A stretch of DNA of 64,000 nt, taken from assembly GCA_963695875.1 (NCBI GenBank), contig CAVOID010000011.1, positions 253,326 to 317,325 of the forward strand, written 5' to 3'. Source of the DNA: an uncultured delta proteobacterium (GTDB lineage Bacteria; Desulfobacterota; Syntrophia; Syntrophales; UBA2185). Positions 60,697-64,000 of the stretch are shown here, one piece after another; within the stretch, counting starts at the first letter, position 1, and every line of letters begins with the position of its first letter. The notes under the pieces are model-generated. The model was given only the letters and a program-made list of their open reading frames with translations. It had not been told where the DNA came from and did no database searches. Both the position numbers and the translations under genes were made by a program.

Positions 60697-61533
60697 TTGG
60701 CTGACGGATTACATAAAGAGTATGAATACCGCTTCGGGCCGAAGAATGGTTGGAGAGTCGTTGTAGCAAACTCACAGCCGCTACGCGAGAAGGCATTTAA
60801 GCTCATCTATGATATCTACCTTGGCAGGGGATACGATTTAAAATTGGGCCGCCAGAGCGGGTTCTGGTGTACGATCCATCATTTACATCCCCGTACGGTG
60901 ACTTTTCTTGCTGAGAAGTCCGGGCAGCCGGTGGGTACGGTGAGCGTTATCCCCGATTCCCGGTTGGGCTTACCTGCCGATCTCATCTTTCCCGAGCAGC
61001 TGGAATTTTTACGAAAGGCCGGGCGACGGCTATGTGAGGTTTTCTCTCTGGGGGTGGTTGAGGAGATTCCTCACAGCTCCATTGATCTGGCGATGCACCT
61101 GTACAGGCTTGCCCGTCTTACTGCTACCAGCGTGTTTAATGATACCGATATTGTCGCATCTATCATGGCCCACCATGCTGCATTTTACTCAAACATTCTT
61201 CTGTTTGATGAGATCTCGCCGGATTCGCGACTAAGCCCGAGGACCGGTGCACAGGTCCGCTACACGCACATTGATCTTGAAACTATGGAAACCCGGTACG
61301 CAGAGCGATACAGCCGCTTGAAGGGCAAGCGGAACCTGCACCGCTGGTTCTTTCAGAATGAGGGAGAACCGGCCACGGTCCAATGGATCCACAGAAACAA
61401 ACGTCCGATGACCGTCGATGAATTGAATTATTTTGGGAAGCTTAAATCTCATATCCTGTCTGAAACACATGCGGATGCTGCTGCTATCCTGATGGAATTC
61501 TACCGACAGGCGGGAGTCAAGGTTCCGGACTGA
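60697..61533 (+). CDS. FeeM-like N-acyl amino acid synthase (GNAT fold)
   Basis: AFKLIYDIYLGRGY, GTVSVIPDSRLGLPAD, GRRLCEV, HHAAFY. Confidence 0.75.
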   Translation: MADGLHKEYEYRFGPKNGWRVVVANSQPLREKAFKLIYDIYLGRGYDLKLGRQSGFWCTIHHLHPRTVTFLAEKSGQPVGTVSVIPDSRLGLPADLIFPEQLEFLRKAGRRLCEVFSLGVVEEIPHSSIDLAMHLYRLARLTATSVFNDTDIVASIMAHHAAFYSNILLFDEISPDSRLSPRTGAQVRYTHIDLETMETRYAERYSRLKGKRNLHRWFFQNEGEPATVQWIHRNKRPMTVDELNYFGKLKSHILSETHADAAAILMEFYRQAGVKVPD

Positions 61534-61560
61534 ACCGGACATCTTTAGCGGCTTTGTATG

Positions 61561-61594
61561 AAAAAAGCCGCCTCAAGAGAAGAAGAGGCGGCTT
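61561..61594 (-). terminator. Rho-independent terminator between convergent genes
   Basis: AAGCCGCCTC...GAGGCGGCTT stem with A-run 61561-61566. Confidence 0.7.
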
Positions 61595-61645
61595 AGAGGG
61601 TATATGAATATATGCAGAGGAATTCTATTCGTAAGCAGGCTTTAT

Positions 61646-62131
61646 TTACTGCTGCATCACATCGGCTCCGGCTGTTGCAACCATGCCGTCCTGCTGTGCT
61701 GCGCCGCCCGATACGCCTATCGCACCGATGATCTTGCCGTTCTGCATAATCGGTACGCCGCCCTCAATCGCGATTATGCCGTCCAGCGTCAGGTAAGCCG
61801 TTTTTCCACTTCCTATCAAAGTCTCAAAGGCCTTGGTCGGGCGCTTAAAAGCAACAGAGAACTTGGCCTTGTGGACCGCCGCATCAACGCTGCCGTACTG
61901 GACAACATCGAACCTCTCCAGGTATAGGAGATGGCCGCCGGTATCCACGATCGCGATAACAACATTTATCTTCATCTTGATCGCTTCCTGAGCCGCGGCA
62001 GCGGCAACTTTCTTGGCTGTTGCCAGGTTTATATTAGGGCCATAAGGGATTGGCATCTGCTGGGCCACGGCGATGCCTGAAAAGATAAAAAACATAACAC
62101 AAAGGATAGATATTATTTTTAGTACGCGCAT
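61646..62131 (-). CDS. GlcG/HbpS family heme-binding protein, secreted
   Basis: IAIVDTGG, KAK, GGVPI...GAIGVSG. Confidence 0.9.
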   Translation of the reverse strand: MRVLKIISILCVMFFIFSGIAVAQQMPIPYGPNINLATAKKVAAAAAQEAIKMKINVVIAIVDTGGHLLYLERFDVVQYGSVDAAVHKAKFSVAFKRPTKAFETLIGSGKTAYLTLDGIIAIEGGVPIMQNGKIIGAIGVSGGAAQQDGMVATAGADVMQQ

Positions 62132-62292
62132 ACTTTCTCCTCTTTTAATAGAATTTCCTTCTCAGGATAGAGTTAAAATATAACAGGACGTGTGAGTATG
62201 TCAATGAGATATCACCTTCCATTCCGGAACCCCATCCTGTTTCATCTGTTTGTTGCCGCCATGTTTACATGCACTGCCTTATACTAATCAGT

Positions 62293-62326
62293 TTGAATCT
62301 GTTAGTGAGCGCATTCCGCGTAGCTG
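62293..62326. repeat. Degenerate family 1 element left end
   Basis: ttgaatctgttagtgagcgcattccgcgtagct. Confidence 0.4.
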
Positions 62327-62551
62327 GAATCGTAATCAAAACAAGCAGCAAACTTAATTGAAGTGAGGGAAAAGATTGAGGCGTTTCAGCCATAGCGCAT
62401 ATCAGTTTAAGGATATTCGCCGGTCAATATCAGGGGATTAGCTATAGCCGGTACCGTTCATTTAATGTAAAATAAAGATCTCATTCTATTTTTTCAGCTA
62501 TGCATTGCAAGCCATAGCGCATCAGAAGAGTTGAAAAGAGGTGAATTGTTT

Positions 62552-63340
62552 ATGCGTCCTATCTGGACAGGGGCCATTAGTTTCGGGCTGATCAATATTC
62601 CTGTGCGAATGTACACAGCGGTCAACGAAGCCCGGCCTGAGTTTACTTATCTCCACAAAAAGGATTTGAGTCCGATTCGGTATGCCAAAGTCTGCAAGGC
62701 CGATGGTGAAGAAATCCCGTTCACAGATATCGTCAAGGGTTACGAATATCAGAAAGGGGATTACGTGGTTTTGCAGGATGATGATTTTAAGCATGCAGAC
62801 ATACGCAAAACACAGACTATCGATATCACGGACTTCGTCAACAAAGAGGAAATAGACATCAAGCTGCTGGAAAAGCCTTACTATCTCGAGCCGACCAAAG
62901 AATCGAAAAAGGCGTACGCGCTGCTCTGTGAAGGGCTTAAAAAGACCGGGAAAGTGGGGATCGGCAGTTTCGTTCTTCGCACGCGCGAGCATCTTGTCCT
63001 CCTCAAGCCTGAAGATGGGTTGCTCATACTGGAGCAGATGAGATTTGAGAGCGATATTGTCAGACCCACCGAAATCAATATACCCGTTGAGGAAAAATTA
63101 TCCGCGAAGGAACTGGATCTTGCCATTAAATTGATCGATCAATTGACCGGCGCTTTTCATCCCGAACAATATAAGGATACCTTCTCAGAGGAAATCATGA
63201 AGATCATCGAAAAAAAGGCGCACGGCAAAATGCCTAAAAAACCAAAAGGCGAAAAACTTGTACCCACAGCAGTTCCCGATCTGATGTCCAAATTGCGTGA
63301 AAGTCTTGAACAAGCTAAAAAGAAAAGGATTGCAGCATAA
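62552..63340 (+). CDS. ku: Non-homologous end-joining protein Ku
   Basis: MRPIWTGAISFGLINIPV, IVKGYEY, KPYYLEP, DLMSKLRESL. Confidence 0.95.
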   Translation: MRPIWTGAISFGLINIPVRMYTAVNEARPEFTYLHKKDLSPIRYAKVCKADGEEIPFTDIVKGYEYQKGDYVVLQDDDFKHADIRKTQTIDITDFVNKEEIDIKLLEKPYYLEPTKESKKAYALLCEGLKKTGKVGIGSFVLRTREHLVLLKPEDGLLILEQMRFESDIVRPTEINIPVEEKLSAKELDLAIKLIDQLTGAFHPEQYKDTFSEEIMKIIEKKAHGKMPKKPKGEKLVPTAVPDLMSKLRESLEQAKKKRIAA

Positions 63341-63360
63341 ATTAACAGGCGTTTTCATCC

Positions 63361-64000
63361 ATGCCTCTGCAAGAATACCTGAAGAAACGAAATTTCACCA
63401 AATCCCCCGAACCCACCGGCAAAAAGGCGCGGGTGAGGCAGGAAATCGGCCCTCTTCATTTCGTCATCCAAAGACATCAATCTCACCATCTGCACTATGA
63501 CTTGCGCCTGGAGCTTAACGGCGTTCTCAAAAGCTGGGCAATTCCCAAAGGTCTCACTCTGGATCCGGAACAAAAGAAACTCGCCATTATGGTTGAAGAC
63601 CATCCGCTGGATTACCTGACCTTTGAGGGGGTAATCCCCAAGGGCAGTTACGGCGCCGGAACCACGATTATCTGGGACGAAGGCGAGTATCACTGGGCGG
63701 GTGCGACGGGCCGGCGGGAGAGCGAGAAGGCGATGAATGAAGGCCTTGTAAAGGGACATATCAGCTTTGTCCTGAAGGGCGGAAAACTGAATGGAGAATT
63801 CGCCCTCGTGCGGCTGAAGCGCGCGAAAGAGAACAATTGGCTCCTGATCAAGAAACATGACGAATTTTCCCATCCCGAACCTCCTCCGGCTGAAAAGCAT
63901 AAAAAAACGGCGGAGCTCTCAAAGGACAAGGCGAGGCATAACCGGAAACCCTCGAAAGGGGCATCCGTACCCGATATTGCCATGGTTAATCTCGGCGATG
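63361..64000 (+). CDS. ligD: DNA ligase D, N-terminal 3'-phosphoesterase domain; runs off the window; not in ORF track
   Basis: MPLQEYLKKRNFTKSPEP...FVIQRH...LHYDLRLE...LKSWAIPKG...EDHPLDY..FEGVIPKGSYGAG. Confidence 0.92.
   Translation, partial: MPLQEYLKKRNFTKSPEPTGKKARVRQEIGPLHFVIQRHQSHHLHYDLRLELNGVLKSWAIPKGLTLDPEQKKLAIMVEDHPLDYLTFEGVIPKGSYGAGTTIIWDEGEYHWAGATGRRESEKAMNEGLVKGHISFVLKGGKLNGEFALVRLKRAKENNWLLIKKHDEFSHPEPPPAEKHKKTAELSKDKARHNRKPSKGASVPDIAMVNLGD

Noticed and set aside
1..64000. tRNA, rRNA, CRISPR-Cas, prophage, integrase or transposase
   Set aside because: No recognisable sequence or protein motifs found by eye; tRNAscan and Rfam were not run

Overview
This 64-kb window looks like accessory/housekeeping chromosome from an anaerobic Deltaproteobacteria-like (Desulfobacterota/Syntrophales-type) organism. 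That assignment is inferred from gene content and protein style only. It holds about 55 CDSs covering signal transduction (two REC-PAS-GGDEF cyclases, a multi-PAS hybrid kinase, a CHASE2 adenylyl cyclase, a PilZ protein), redox and lipid-type metabolism (AOR, Fe-ADH, three SCP2 proteins, an OYE-like flavoprotein, VKOR, DsbA/FrnE), transporters, a 4-domain S1 protein, HemW, an AIPR defence protein and Ku/LigD. I found no rRNA, tRNA, CRISPR array, integrase or transposase. Items the ORF track misses or does not explain: (1) a UGA-recoded selenocysteine DsbA/FrnE (UPWC) with a SECIS-like hairpin; (2) a J-domain protein with four MshEN-like repeats and an RHH-PilZ fusion, both candidate c-di-GMP effectors; (3) an SH3b / M48 peptidase / CHASE2 cyclase operon; (4) two SCP2-centred redox clusters; (5) two families of short IS200/IS605-end-like palindromic elements, GTCATT-type REP-like palindromes and degenerate attC-like sites; (6) two small unannotated ORFs and a candidate anti-SD sRNA. 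Several genes are split by 1-2 nt insertions, most likely sequencing errors. All family assignments come from recognising motifs by eye; no database searches were run.
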